Virus record (IMG/VR): IMGVR_UViG_3300037851_000284 | Location: 96,001 to 160,000 of that record | Source: a virus | Taxonomy: Duplodnaviria > Caudoviricetes | Direction: 5' to 3' (one strand) | DNA length: 64,000 bases | Shown: positions 39,279 through 49,248 of the stretch, piece by piece | How positions within the stretch are numbered: the stretch's first letter is position 1 | Layout: each line of letters begins with the position of its first letter | Position numbers and translations under genes: made by a program | The notes under the pieces: generated by a model | The model's input: only the letters and a program-made list of their open reading frames with translations | The model's database searches: none | What the model was told of the DNA's origin: nothing

Positions 39279-40721
39279 TTATTTACTTGTTTCGTTTTGA
39301 CTTCCATAAGTATCTTTTATATAATGAAAATCAAATTCTAGAAATGCTGCATCGCCGTCATAAGTATCATCGCTGTCAGTAGGCCGTCTATATAAACGAC
39401 ACATCAACATACTAGACATACCCGATCCTGCACCGCTTATATCTGGAAAGTCTGTATAAATATGTTTCCATTGGTTATCTTCTGTAGACCCAATTCCGCT
39501 AATAGTAGTCGGTCCGGTAAATATTCCATTTATATCAGTCCACGAATATTCTAGAAGCCATTTTACGTTTCCTGTTTCGTTTGTACTAGGAGACCAATGA
39601 ATGTGTGGATGTAATATAGAATTTAATTGATATGAGTGAGGGAGTTGGCACGAAAAGAATACTTGTTCCATAGTATTATTACCATCAAAGCCAAGACATT
39701 CAAGACCGCTTCCTACAAATGTTATTAGATCAGGAGCGTTACTACCTAATTTTACAGATAATCCTGGAATTCTGATATCGTCCCAAGACATTCCAGACCC
39801 ATAACTTGTATAGAATCCATTACTATCAAATTTCGAATAATTCGTAACTCCATCACCAAAAGTTCCAGAGACACTGGCTTTAAAACTTCCATTAATATCT
39901 ATCTGAGAACCACTCTGATATATTATAGAATTAATAAATCCAGACGCAGAATTATATACTGGAATATAACCAGACGTTCCAAGCCCATGATTATGATTAC
40001 CAGAGGCAATCTCTCCATGAGCATGAATAGTAAGATCGGAATGGGTTTGTATTACTCCACTTAATTGACCACTAGTATTAGTAATATAAGTGTTAAGCTG
40101 ACCAGACACATTAGCTGCATAAAGCCCAGTTGCATTGATTCGTGTATTCAGTTGCCCAGAAGAATCAGATATATAAGTATTTAGTGCTCCACTAGCCGCG
40201 TCTACATATAACTTGGTTGTTAAGTGAGTACTAACTGTAGGAGTTCCTCCGTGAACTACGCCAGTAAAAGAACCACTACCCGCAGCTACTAAATTACCGC
40301 TACCTGCAGTAACGTTAGTTCCTATAGATATTCCGCCAGTTTCAACGTATATTCTAGATAGGGGCGTGTAAACTCCCGTTCCGATTAAAATGTTGCCATT
40401 TCCGGATCCAAACCATTCAGGAAGAACACAACTTACTGCCCCAGACCCAAATATAACATTGAGTCCAATACCAAATATCTGATGTCTAGGCTGAGCCGAC
40501 ATCTTATTAATAGTTAGAGTCTTACCACTACCAGTAAATTTAGCATTATTAGCTATTGTAATTATATCTATGTTCTGCGGTATCGTTAAGTTACCAGTAA
40601 CAGTAACATCGGTTCCTATAAATAGTGATTTATAGGCAAATCCTTGAGTTGCAATCCAAGAATCAAACGAAGTCGAAGTACTCTCTACTTCTTTAGTCCA
40701 ATTATATGTTGTAATTGACAT
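39279..40721 (-). CDS. Tail fibre/spike-like protein
   Basis: HQIFG...VLPEWFG tailspike-type N-terminal domain, SGQLNT repeats, C-terminal WDDIRIP...LPHSY...HPHIHW domain; 20 SG dipeptides. Confidence 0.7.
   Translation of the reverse strand: MSITTYNWTKEVESTSTSFDSWIATQGFAYKSLFIGTDVTVTGNLTIPQNIDIITIANNAKFTGSGKTLTINKMSAQPRHQIFGIGLNVIFGSGAVSCVLPEWFGSGNGNILIGTGVYTPLSRIYVETGGISIGTNVTAGSGNLVAAGSGSFTGVVHGGTPTVSTHLTTKLYVDAASGALNTYISDSSGQLNTRINATGLYAANVSGQLNTYITNTSGQLSGVIQTHSDLTIHAHGEIASGNHNHGLGTSGYIPVYNSASGFINSIIYQSGSQIDINGSFKASVSGTFGDGVTNYSKFDSNGFYTSYGSGMSWDDIRIPGLSVKLGSNAPDLITFVGSGLECLGFDGNNTMEQVFFSCQLPHSYQLNSILHPHIHWSPSTNETGNVKWLLEYSWTDINGIFTGPTTISGIGSTEDNQWKHIYTDFPDISGAGSGMSSMLMCRLYRRPTDSDDTYDGDAAFLEFDFHYIKDTYGSQNETSK
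40080..40200 (-). repeat. Imperfect tandem SG(Q/A)LNT peptide repeats in the fibre stalk (approximate bounds)
   Basis: ASGALNTYI-SDSSGQLNTRI-NVSGQLNTYI-NTSGQL. Confidence 0.65.
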
Positions 40722-42181
40722 TAACTTTCCTCACTATACATTAAAATATCTGAGTTATATAAAAATATCTGATCTTGATATACTACTATTTCTTGTACTG
40801 TTATATCAGTCATAGTAGTAAAATTAAATCTAACAAGATTTGATGTGTATGTTTGTGAATCTACGGTTACTTTAACATATCCTGCACAAGAATTTATATT
40901 TTTAATATCAGCACAAGAATAAGATATGTTTGCTACTCCGCGTCTGTCTGTCCAAAAATCAGCACATTTTACAAAAGAACCAGTATTATTCAAATAGAAT
41001 TCTCCAGATACATTAGATAGAGCACTTAAATTAGATTTGTTATTTAGAACTATTCTTGCTTGTATACTATCATGTGAATCTAATCTATACGAAGTAACCC
41101 TTTGGTTGCTTAAAATAGGATTAATATTCTTTTTTAGTGTTTTTCTTCTGTCTGTTACAGTATTAAGTGGTTCATGTGCTCCAATCGAAACTGTGCCAAG
41201 ACTGTTAGGTCGAGAATTTCCTTTATAATCAGTAGTATTCCATGCTGATATATCTGTTGTTCCAAGTTGATATAAAGAACTATTAGTTCCTATTTCACCA
41301 TAAGTTGATGATGTAGGATCTATTGATGTAAAATCAGAATTGGTTATTCCGTGAACATTATTATCACCTATAGTCAACGAATTATCAGAATCAGCACAAT
41401 TTTTAATTGTGTAATATTCTGGATAATTAACGCTAGGAAGATGCCAGTTTTCTTTATTATCAACTATTATGTTATCGTCACCACATATGACTACGTTTTT
41501 AAATGTACTCCAGAATGCCTGATAACTAAATGCTCCATATATACCAAACTCTACACCAAATCCGACAGGACTAAAAATGGTACAATTTTCCATAATTGTA
41601 ATTCTAACATCAGATGCTGGATAATATGGTCCTGTACCATCACCAAAAAATTCTATACCTTTAGCTCCATATTTATTGCCAGTGTGTGCCCGTAAATTAG
41701 TTATCTTCCACATTGATGAATTTAATCTATATAAACGAAGACAGGCATTTAATTTACCATTAGCATTAAGTAATAAATTATCAAGTTTCCATATTTGTGC
41801 TGTGGTTGCATTACTAACCCACCCACCGCTATATAATATAAGTAAACCATCGAAATTGCTTGCATTATCAGCAGCCTTAATTTTCAAGTTGCTCATCTCA
41901 ACATAACCTTTAGTCTTATTAACTGGATTATAATATAACGTGGCATTATTTAGAATTATTGCTACTGTGCTGGTAGTATTATATTTTGAAGGATTTAATA
42001 ATCTTAAAGTATGTTGATTTAAATATAATGACCTTGATATACATGCCGTATCATTATTAATATCAGATATTTGAACTAGATCATAATCGTCTTCAACCAC
42101 AGTCAAAGAGGTTAAATAATTAATAACTGATCCCCAATCAGTATAATCACCACCGGTTCCAATTTGTAATGTAGTACTCAT
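40721..42181 (-). CDS. Beta-helix (pectin-lyase-like) tail protein with C-terminal shared adaptor module
   Basis: IGTGGDYTDW N-terminus, repeating beta-helix-like turns, TDYKGNSRP...SIGAHE cap, then the TDRRKTLKK module. Confidence 0.7.
   Translation of the reverse strand: MSTTLQIGTGGDYTDWGSVINYLTSLTVVEDDYDLVQISDINNDTACISRSLYLNQHTLRLLNPSKYNTTSTVAIILNNATLYYNPVNKTKGYVEMSNLKIKAADNASNFDGLLILYSGGWVSNATTAQIWKLDNLLLNANGKLNACLRLYRLNSSMWKITNLRAHTGNKYGAKGIEFFGDGTGPYYPASDVRITIMENCTIFSPVGFGVEFGIYGAFSYQAFWSTFKNVVICGDDNIIVDNKENWHLPSVNYPEYYTIKNCADSDNSLTIGDNNVHGITNSDFTSIDPTSSTYGEIGTNSSLYQLGTTDISAWNTTDYKGNSRPNSLGTVSIGAHEPLNTVTDRRKTLKKNINPILSNQRVTSYRLDSHDSIQARIVLNNKSNLSALSNVSGEFYLNNTGSFVKCADFWTDRRGVANISYSCADIKNINSCAGYVKVTVDSQTYTSNLVRFNFTTMTDITVQEIVVYQDQIFLYNSDILMYSEES
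40820..41155 (-). repeat. Copy 2 of the adaptor module
   Basis: TDRRKTLKKNINPILSNQRVTSY...FYLNNTGSFVKC...WTDRRGVANISYSCADIKNINSC...YTSNLVRFNF. Confidence 0.75.
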
Positions 42182-43746
42182 TAATTTCTCAAACTATTAT
42201 AATATATACCATTCGGTGCTAAACTTAGATATATAAAGAATTTTTCTAAGTTTAAGTTTTGGTCATTTAAAGGATTTAAATCATAACATAAATATGTACC
42301 ACTAGGAGTTAAAGCAGTATCATATATTAATTGTGTATTTTGATAACCAGAACCATCTGGTAATCGAGCATATATATAATTAGTATCAAAGTCAATCATA
42401 TATCTACCCATAGGTAGTTCGGTTTTAAATCCAGTGTTTTCAGTTAAGAACGCTTTTCTTTGGTATATATCAGACCAGATTTTATCTCCATCTATACCGA
42501 CATTATAAGAACAATCTTCGTATACTCCACTAAGATAAGAGTCTCTAGAATAATTACAATAGTATGTATTATAAAAGCCGCTCTTGGCAAGTATGGTATA
42601 CATTCCTCTTGTTAGTGTGCTAGGAATAGCACTATAATATAAACCACTATAGTCTCCTGTTGTAAGTTTAGATAATGTTAGATAGCTAATATTAGGAGAT
42701 TCAAAGTAATAAAAAGGAATTCCTTCAACATAAAAGGTTCCAGGATAAATTTTAGTGTACCAGTAATTAGCCACTCCAGATATTTCTTCTATAGAAGTCT
42801 GGTATAAACTATAGCTTAAAGAATCTATTCCTCCTATATATCCTGTATAATATATAGATGATCTATAAGTGTTTTCTGGAACACACGCGTCGTAAAAGGA
42901 AGGGATCTGACCGCTACCATAGTTTTTATATACGTCCCATATACAAGAATTATTTGTAACTTTGTCCCAAGTATGATTATATTTATTATCTATATAGTTT
43001 TTAAGGTCATATAATAGTTGAGTGGGATGCCCATTAGAATCATAATACATATTCTTAAGACCAGAAGGGATGTTATTTAAATTATAAACTATAGCATTAG
43101 TAGATATATCTAGATTCTGTTTTTCTATTCTATAGGTAAATCTTGTGTCGTTTTCGTCTTTTTGATTATTCATATCTGTATATCTTAATAAAGTTTTATT
43201 ATTATAAGAATCTACAGTTTCTACATAATACTCAAATTTTAATTGAGTATAATCTTCAAATTCTCTGAATACTTCTACTATATTTGAATAATCAAAATTC
43301 TTATAACCGGATATATTAGCAAATCGTTCTCTTTGCCATACTATAAATCCTACTTTATTTTCTTTAGCAGTATAATAATCCTTTCCCCATATTTGAGGAC
43401 CAATGTTATCCCAAGTACCACTAGACGTTTTATAGTATCCAGAAATATCTTGAATATAAGGGGAACCTGATGGAATAGGATTATAACTAAGTTCAAATAT
43501 ACTTTTTTTAGTTACATTATATGGAGTTAAATCAAATTGGGTATTAATAGCATTAACTAAACCTTGTTTTGTAATATCTGAAGGATAATCGTGTTCCTTT
43601 AATATTCTATTTTTTGCTTCAAGACTAGTCTCAAATGGTTGTCTAATATATAATAGGTTTTTATATTGGTCGTCCCATACAGCAAGCCCATTTAATAAAC
43701 CAAATACATCTAAACTACCCCAAGTTTGTTTTTTAATAGGTTTCAT
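42181..43746 (-). CDS. Putative baseplate wedge protein (gpI/gp7-like N-terminus)
   Basis: LDVFGLLNGL...RQPFET...KNRI...GLVNAI resembles wedge-protein N-termini; 12 SG dipeptides. Confidence 0.55.
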   Translation of the reverse strand: MKPIKKQTWGSLDVFGLLNGLAVWDDQYKNLLYIRQPFETSLEAKNRILKEHDYPSDITKQGLVNAINTQFDLTPYNVTKKSIFELSYNPIPSGSPYIQDISGYYKTSSGTWDNIGPQIWGKDYYTAKENKVGFIVWQRERFANISGYKNFDYSNIVEVFREFEDYTQLKFEYYVETVDSYNNKTLLRYTDMNNQKDENDTRFTYRIEKQNLDISTNAIVYNLNNIPSGLKNMYYDSNGHPTQLLYDLKNYIDNKYNHTWDKVTNNSCIWDVYKNYGSGQIPSFYDACVPENTYRSSIYYTGYIGGIDSLSYSLYQTSIEEISGVANYWYTKIYPGTFYVEGIPFYYFESPNISYLTLSKLTTGDYSGLYYSAIPSTLTRGMYTILAKSGFYNTYYCNYSRDSYLSGVYEDCSYNVGIDGDKIWSDIYQRKAFLTENTGFKTELPMGRYMIDFDTNYIYARLPDGSGYQNTQLIYDTALTPSGTYLCYDLNPLNDQNLNLEKFFIYLSLAPNGIYYNSLRN

Positions 43747-43758
43747 TTAATATTCCAA

Positions 43759-44823
43759 TTAAGAAGCTAATCCTCGTTCTATTAATAATGCTCTTATAGC
43801 ATTAGCTAATGTCATTGTGGTGCTAGCGTCTGTTGCTGCTGCAGGAAGCGTTATATTTCCAGAACTAGGAATAGTAAAACTAGAACTCCCGCACGACAGA
43901 TTTAGAGATTCGGGAGCATAGGAATAAATATAATCAAACGCGTCTATTCCTCCATTTTGTCCACCAAAGATAGCAACTCCTCCACCAAGATGAGTTCTAA
44001 AGAAAGCGTTTCCGCTACCATGGTCGTTGCCTACAGTTAGACCAAAGTGTTTACCACCTATATTTTCAGCATTTCCACTATAAGGCAATCCGCTGCCTAT
44101 TACTAATTGTCCATTAGGAATATTAATATAATGACCGCTAGGATTGGCTATAAACTTAATTGACCTACTAATAGTGTCATTATTATAATATCTCCATTCT
44201 AATCCACTAGGTGTCAAATCAACATATTCGTAATCAGAAGGTCTAGAAGAGTGATTCGGAGGAAGGGTTTGTGTGATATTAAGACCAGAACTAGGAATGG
44301 CAGTTAGGCTAGAATCGATGTAATCGTTCCCTGCCCACTGAGACCTCATATATATTTCTTGGGGATGAACTTTTAGTTCATGTTCTTGTGTTGGAGAAAT
44401 ACACCCATTATAAATAAAAGCTTCTAATCCACTTAAAGTAAGAGAAGTAGGAACAGTAGTATTAGTGTAAATAGAAGTACTTGTGTCTCCATTATTTAAA
44501 TAAAGTCCACTATTAGTTAATTTAGATCTTACGGTACCCCCTCTAGAAGCTGACGTTTCTATATAATTAGAATAGAATCCGCTTTTAGAGGTAATATCAT
44601 CTATATATCCTGATTCAATTGTTAAATCTGACCTCCCAAGCATTTTACTATTTACATAGTTTTGTACTAAAGACACTTCATATCCTATACTGTTACGCAT
44701 AGAATTCTTATTAACCGGTGTATAATTATCTCTTATACATCGTACTACATCATCTGGCTTATAACTCCCGCTTTGCCAGCATGTCGCCATGCTTAAAGAA
44801 GGATTATCATTAGGATAACTCAT
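43759..44823 (-). CDS. Fibre-like virion protein
   Basis: S/T/G-rich beta segments; C-terminal AATDASTTMTLANAIRALLIERGL resembles fibre trimer tips; 12 SG dipeptides. Confidence 0.55.
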   Translation of the reverse strand: MSYPNDNPSLSMATCWQSGSYKPDDVVRCIRDNYTPVNKNSMRNSIGYEVSLVQNYVNSKMLGRSDLTIESGYIDDITSKSGFYSNYIETSASRGGTVRSKLTNSGLYLNNGDTSTSIYTNTTVPTSLTLSGLEAFIYNGCISPTQEHELKVHPQEIYMRSQWAGNDYIDSSLTAIPSSGLNITQTLPPNHSSRPSDYEYVDLTPSGLEWRYYNNDTISRSIKFIANPSGHYINIPNGQLVIGSGLPYSGNAENIGGKHFGLTVGNDHGSGNAFFRTHLGGGVAIFGGQNGGIDAFDYIYSYAPESLNLSCGSSSFTIPSSGNITLPAAATDASTTMTLANAIRALLIERGLAS

Positions 44824-44831
44824 TTTTACTC

Positions 44832-46943
44832 CTATAGATCTACATCATCGTATTGTTCTCTTAACAATACCTTGGTTTCATCATCATAGTTTGATTGAAT
44901 CAAGGCATAATCATATGCTAATTTATATTTATAAATTCCACTTGCGCTATAATAATCTGCTATCAAGAAGGTTCCGTCTTCATATACTGTTATATCAGTA
45001 GGATAGTAGTTTCCCGAGGCTAATGTGTGTATCACTGGCCCATTATCTTCGCCTGCTGGATATTTGATATAATTCATGAACAAATCATTAGTATTATACT
45101 GTAATAGTTTACCTATAGGTTCTCCTGTAGGAATTATATTTCTATTGGTTATATCTAGGGGATACTGACCTGCAGCAATGAATATGTTATCTTTAAATAC
45201 TTTTGCTCCTCTAAGATCAAATTTAGTGTTCATATTAGTAGGAATCCAATTAAAATCTCCTAACTCAGTTAATCCTATAATTTTCTTATTAGGGTCATCT
45301 GATAATATAAATGTATAATAATCTCCCTTTACCCCTGTATATATTAATCCGGATGGTCTTATTACTGATTTAGTTGGGGTTTGACATAGCAACGGATAAT
45401 ATTCTAATTCCTCTCCTGTATAAAGATTCTGTTTAATTAGAGATTGATTGGTGCCGTCAATAACCCACATAATATTTCTACCGGCATGCGATTGATTATA
45501 ATCATAAGAAATGCCTCTATAATCATATTTATTATAAACTTTTATATTATCTTTAACTATGTCTCTATAAAAAATCGCATTTGGTATAATTCCTAATTTT
45601 GTACCCATCACGTCTTCGATATTTATAACGGATCTTGGTATTATATAATTATTATAATCTTTTATTTCTGTAGTTTTTAAAGTTATTATATCCCAATCCC
45701 AAGGATAGAGGTCGGGATTATTAAAGTTAATATCAAATGACGGATATGTATTGACGTTATACTCATCAAAAACCATATTAACATATAATTCATATCTTAG
45801 ATTTTTATAATTAGATACTAAATCAGCAAAAGTTAATTCCCTATTATAATCACTAAATACGATAGTATCATCTTGAGTATAAATATATTGTAGAAAGTCT
45901 GACGTTTTAAGCAATCCTCTACTATCAAATATGCGTAATTTGGTAGCATCTAAATCATAGGTTATGGAACTATCCAGATTCAGGTTGGGTTTTATTTCAA
46001 CACAAGGAGACCCGTCGGTTTGTTTAAACTGTAATCTATAGTCTCTATTTGTACTATCATTGAATTTAGGGTCGAGATGTATATTATATCCTCCTGAAAT
46101 AGTAGTAGCTAAGGTTGATCCTGGATATAAGCACGAATTTTCTACTACAGACCCAGTAGATGCTCCTCCGGATATATTAATAACAGAAGTTTTTGATATA
46201 ATCTTATCTGCATATATAAACGCGTTATTTATATATATGGGACTGTTAAAAGTAGAATTAGTTAAATACAATGTCCCAGACCCAACATTAATATCAGCGT
46301 ATGTATTTCCATACATTAAGGTTCCAAATATATCAATGGTAAAAGAATTACCATAATAAACACCAACATAGTTATCGTGTATACATGAATTATGAATTAT
46401 AGGATTAGTACAGTATATTCCTGTTCCATAATTTGATATACTACAATTTGTTACAACATTAGTACCGCCACTAATATCATATAAAAAGTAATTTTTATTA
46501 TTGATACCATAGGAATCTAGATTCTCAAACTGTACAGTTCCTCCATAATTTAATACTCCACTTGAGTTATTAATAAGCTGAGTGTTTTTAACACTCAATC
46601 CAAATCCAGAAGGAACAGTAAACCAGTAATTAGGTAATCCGGAACAGTCTATGGTAAATCCTTCTATATATAAATTAGGAGCATATGAATACGAATAATT
46701 TCCACTAACAGTACCAATTCCACTAACTAGACACCAATATGTCCCACTACCAATTATATTAAAAGTTCCGCTATATGGTATAAACCCACTTATGGTACCG
46801 CTATAAGACCCTCCATCAACTATCATTGTATAGGTAGTTATATCTCCAGACGCAGCTAATCCACTAACAAGCATATCATTAAATGCTGTAGTGATAGTTG
46901 TATAATCACCGGTACCATCTCTTTTAACATATTTAAGTAACAT
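44832..46943 (-). CDS. Beta-helix (pectinesterase/pectin-lyase-like N-terminus) tail protein
   Basis: YVKRDGTGDYTTITTA start, parallel beta-helix repeats, LDPKF...DYRLQ...SPC cap, then a separate C-terminal domain. Confidence 0.7.
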   Translation of the reverse strand: MLLKYVKRDGTGDYTTITTAFNDMLVSGLAASGDITTYTMIVDGGSYSGTISGFIPYSGTFNIIGSGTYWCLVSGIGTVSGNYSYSYAPNLYIEGFTIDCSGLPNYWFTVPSGFGLSVKNTQLINNSSGVLNYGGTVQFENLDSYGINNKNYFLYDISGGTNVVTNCSISNYGTGIYCTNPIIHNSCIHDNYVGVYYGNSFTIDIFGTLMYGNTYADINVGSGTLYLTNSTFNSPIYINNAFIYADKIISKTSVINISGGASTGSVVENSCLYPGSTLATTISGGYNIHLDPKFNDSTNRDYRLQFKQTDGSPCVEIKPNLNLDSSITYDLDATKLRIFDSRGLLKTSDFLQYIYTQDDTIVFSDYNRELTFADLVSNYKNLRYELYVNMVFDEYNVNTYPSFDINFNNPDLYPWDWDIITLKTTEIKDYNNYIIPRSVINIEDVMGTKLGIIPNAIFYRDIVKDNIKVYNKYDYRGISYDYNQSHAGRNIMWVIDGTNQSLIKQNLYTGEELEYYPLLCQTPTKSVIRPSGLIYTGVKGDYYTFILSDDPNKKIIGLTELGDFNWIPTNMNTKFDLRGAKVFKDNIFIAAGQYPLDITNRNIIPTGEPIGKLLQYNTNDLFMNYIKYPAGEDNGPVIHTLASGNYYPTDITVYEDGTFLIADYYSASGIYKYKLAYDYALIQSNYDDETKVLLREQYDDVDL

Positions 46944-49237
46944 TATTGTGCCTCATAAAATAACTTAAATCCGCCTATATCAACATTACAATTTTTAAAT
47001 ATTCTAATTGTTGTTGATCCAACAGAATCATCAGCGCATGTAGTTTGTGATAATTTAATTTCCCTATACCAAGGGTCTGTTTCTTCTTTATAATAAAGTT
47101 TAAATGTTGGAACATTACTAGATATGTCATCCGGAGCATATTTAACTATAAAACTTTTACGATTTTCATTAAAATTAATATATTCTTTTCCAGTAAATTG
47201 ATATCCGTCTGCCTGAATTCTCAATTTTCCATCAATATCAAAGTCAAAATAAATATACTTGTCAAAGTAATCATCAAATAATTCTAATAATCTTCCGCTA
47301 CTTACTAGTCTTAACTTGCAATCAAATTGAAAATATGTTCCTTGTGATGGATACTGGTCGCTTACTTTAATATATGAGATATTATCTTTATAATAATAGG
47401 CTTCCCCATTTGTTTTAATCATTTTCTTTCCATAAGAATCGTTATAATTTATTTTATAAATAGGATATTCACCACTATATCTTAAGTCATTTCCGTTCGA
47501 ACTAACATCTGTTTCGATAAGGTTCCCAGAAACAGCAGTATCGAATAAACAATTAATTGAAGTGTGTCTGAATGTAGTAATCTGGGGCACAAATTCGTTA
47601 GAATATCCGGCATATAATTTATTAGTATTTTGATATAAAGGACCAGTAACTTGACCTTCAGAAAACTTCATTGGTAAATCAAAAGACATCTTATAAATTT
47701 TACTATAAGGTCTAACCTTTAATCCATCAAACGTTATTACTTTTGATGGTTCATTCTGATTGGGATCTTTTGTAAATTCGTATTCTAGTTCATTTAAAGT
47801 TCCGCTTTGATTGACAGTTGTAATAGGACTGCTAGTATGTAAAGAAATATAATTACTAGCTAAAGGAGAAGTTATATATCTGATACCATCATATGTTTTA
47901 TATTTATATTCAACCATATATCGACTATAGTATCCAGATATTTTTATTCGATTTGTAATTGATCCGGAACCATCAACATAAGTCATAGTTCCTTCGTCTA
48001 TCTTTCCGCTTTCGTGTAAATAATCCCAACTAGTAGTCTGTAGAAGAGTACAACCAGACCCTTCCATATTAGCACTGAATCCTTTTCCTGAAGGAACAAT
48101 TGAATCGTACCCTACATATATAGGGTCAAAGGCTCCATCAGCATCTCCAGAAGCCGTACCTAAAAACATTTTGCGGGATTTATAATAATATAAAGGTTTT
48201 CCAGTATATGGAATTTCTGTAGCATTTCCACTAGAATCGAGAATATCTATATCATATAGATGCATCGTTCCGCTAATAGGAATGTGCTCTAAATCTAAAT
48301 ACGCAACAGTATAATTATTATATCCATAGGGGTTATTATATGCTGTTCTATAGTAAATTTTGTTTCCGCCATTATCGTAATAATAATCTCCTGAATAATC
48401 CACTATAGCAACACCGCTTCCAGTTTCATCTTTAATCCAACCGTGGTAAGGAGTATAGTGGTCGATTACATATACTGTCCCGCTTTCATCTAGAACCTCT
48501 CTTGTAAGAGGATATTTACCACTTAACGTTTGACTATTAATAGGATATAAGAACTCATATTTATAAGTTCCAGAATATTGTTGGTTTTTAATTCCTGTAA
48601 ACATTCCATATATATAATTATAATCTCCAGTATGTGCAAAATTTGTACCTACATCGACCGCAAATACAGGATATAGTCCTGATTTAAATGCGGTTTCTTG
48701 GTCTATATCGCTAGATATAACTAGATATCCTGACCCTCTTTCATCTGACCTAATGTATTCTAAACCCATAAATCCGGTTAATGTAGACCAACATTCTTTA
48801 TTAAATCCTATATCGAACCCATTATCAAATCCTGCTCCGGAAGCAACCAATATTCCGGTATAGGTTGAATAATACATAGGTATTCTTACAGAACCAGTAT
48901 TAATAATCCTAGTTGGACTTCCGTCATAGAATTCGTTTTCATTAGTAATCTTAATTGGTATTGATCCGGAAGCATTTATAAAATTAGTAATAGGAACACC
49001 AGATATTGTAGCAGAATAAAGAGTTAATTCGTTAGATAAATCAAACGAGTTAATAAAAGAATTATTATATAACTCTTTCATTTTTTTATTAAGATAATCA
49101 AGTTCTACTCCATATAATAAGTTTATATATTTATAACCGTTAGAATTTTTATCATCAGCCATCTTAAAACTTGGAGGTAGAATAGCTTTGATTATTCGTT
49201 CAGTGCATTCCGCTTGTTTTGGTTGTTTTGTAAACAT
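46943..49237 (-). CDS. Putative baseplate wedge protein directly downstream of J
   Basis: Position after the J-like gene, helical N-terminus, beta-rich body; 22 SG dipeptides. Confidence 0.55.
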   Translation of the reverse strand: MFTKQPKQAECTERIIKAILPPSFKMADDKNSNGYKYINLLYGVELDYLNKKMKELYNNSFINSFDLSNELTLYSATISGVPITNFINASGSIPIKITNENEFYDGSPTRIINTGSVRIPMYYSTYTGILVASGAGFDNGFDIGFNKECWSTLTGFMGLEYIRSDERGSGYLVISSDIDQETAFKSGLYPVFAVDVGTNFAHTGDYNYIYGMFTGIKNQQYSGTYKYEFLYPINSQTLSGKYPLTREVLDESGTVYVIDHYTPYHGWIKDETGSGVAIVDYSGDYYYDNGGNKIYYRTAYNNPYGYNNYTVAYLDLEHIPISGTMHLYDIDILDSSGNATEIPYTGKPLYYYKSRKMFLGTASGDADGAFDPIYVGYDSIVPSGKGFSANMEGSGCTLLQTTSWDYLHESGKIDEGTMTYVDGSGSITNRIKISGYYSRYMVEYKYKTYDGIRYITSPLASNYISLHTSSPITTVNQSGTLNELEYEFTKDPNQNEPSKVITFDGLKVRPYSKIYKMSFDLPMKFSEGQVTGPLYQNTNKLYAGYSNEFVPQITTFRHTSINCLFDTAVSGNLIETDVSSNGNDLRYSGEYPIYKINYNDSYGKKMIKTNGEAYYYKDNISYIKVSDQYPSQGTYFQFDCKLRLVSSGRLLELFDDYFDKYIYFDFDIDGKLRIQADGYQFTGKEYINFNENRKSFIVKYAPDDISSNVPTFKLYYKEETDPWYREIKLSQTTCADDSVGSTTIRIFKNCNVDIGGFKLFYEAQ

Positions 49238-49248
49238 TTAAATCCTTA
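49238..49248 (-). promoter_or_regulatory. Shine-Dalgarno-type site TAAGGATTTAA overlapping the upstream stop
   Basis: The same TAAGGATTTAA string precedes the 51035..51802 gene. Related GGA(G) motifs precede most spaced genes. Confidence 0.6.
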
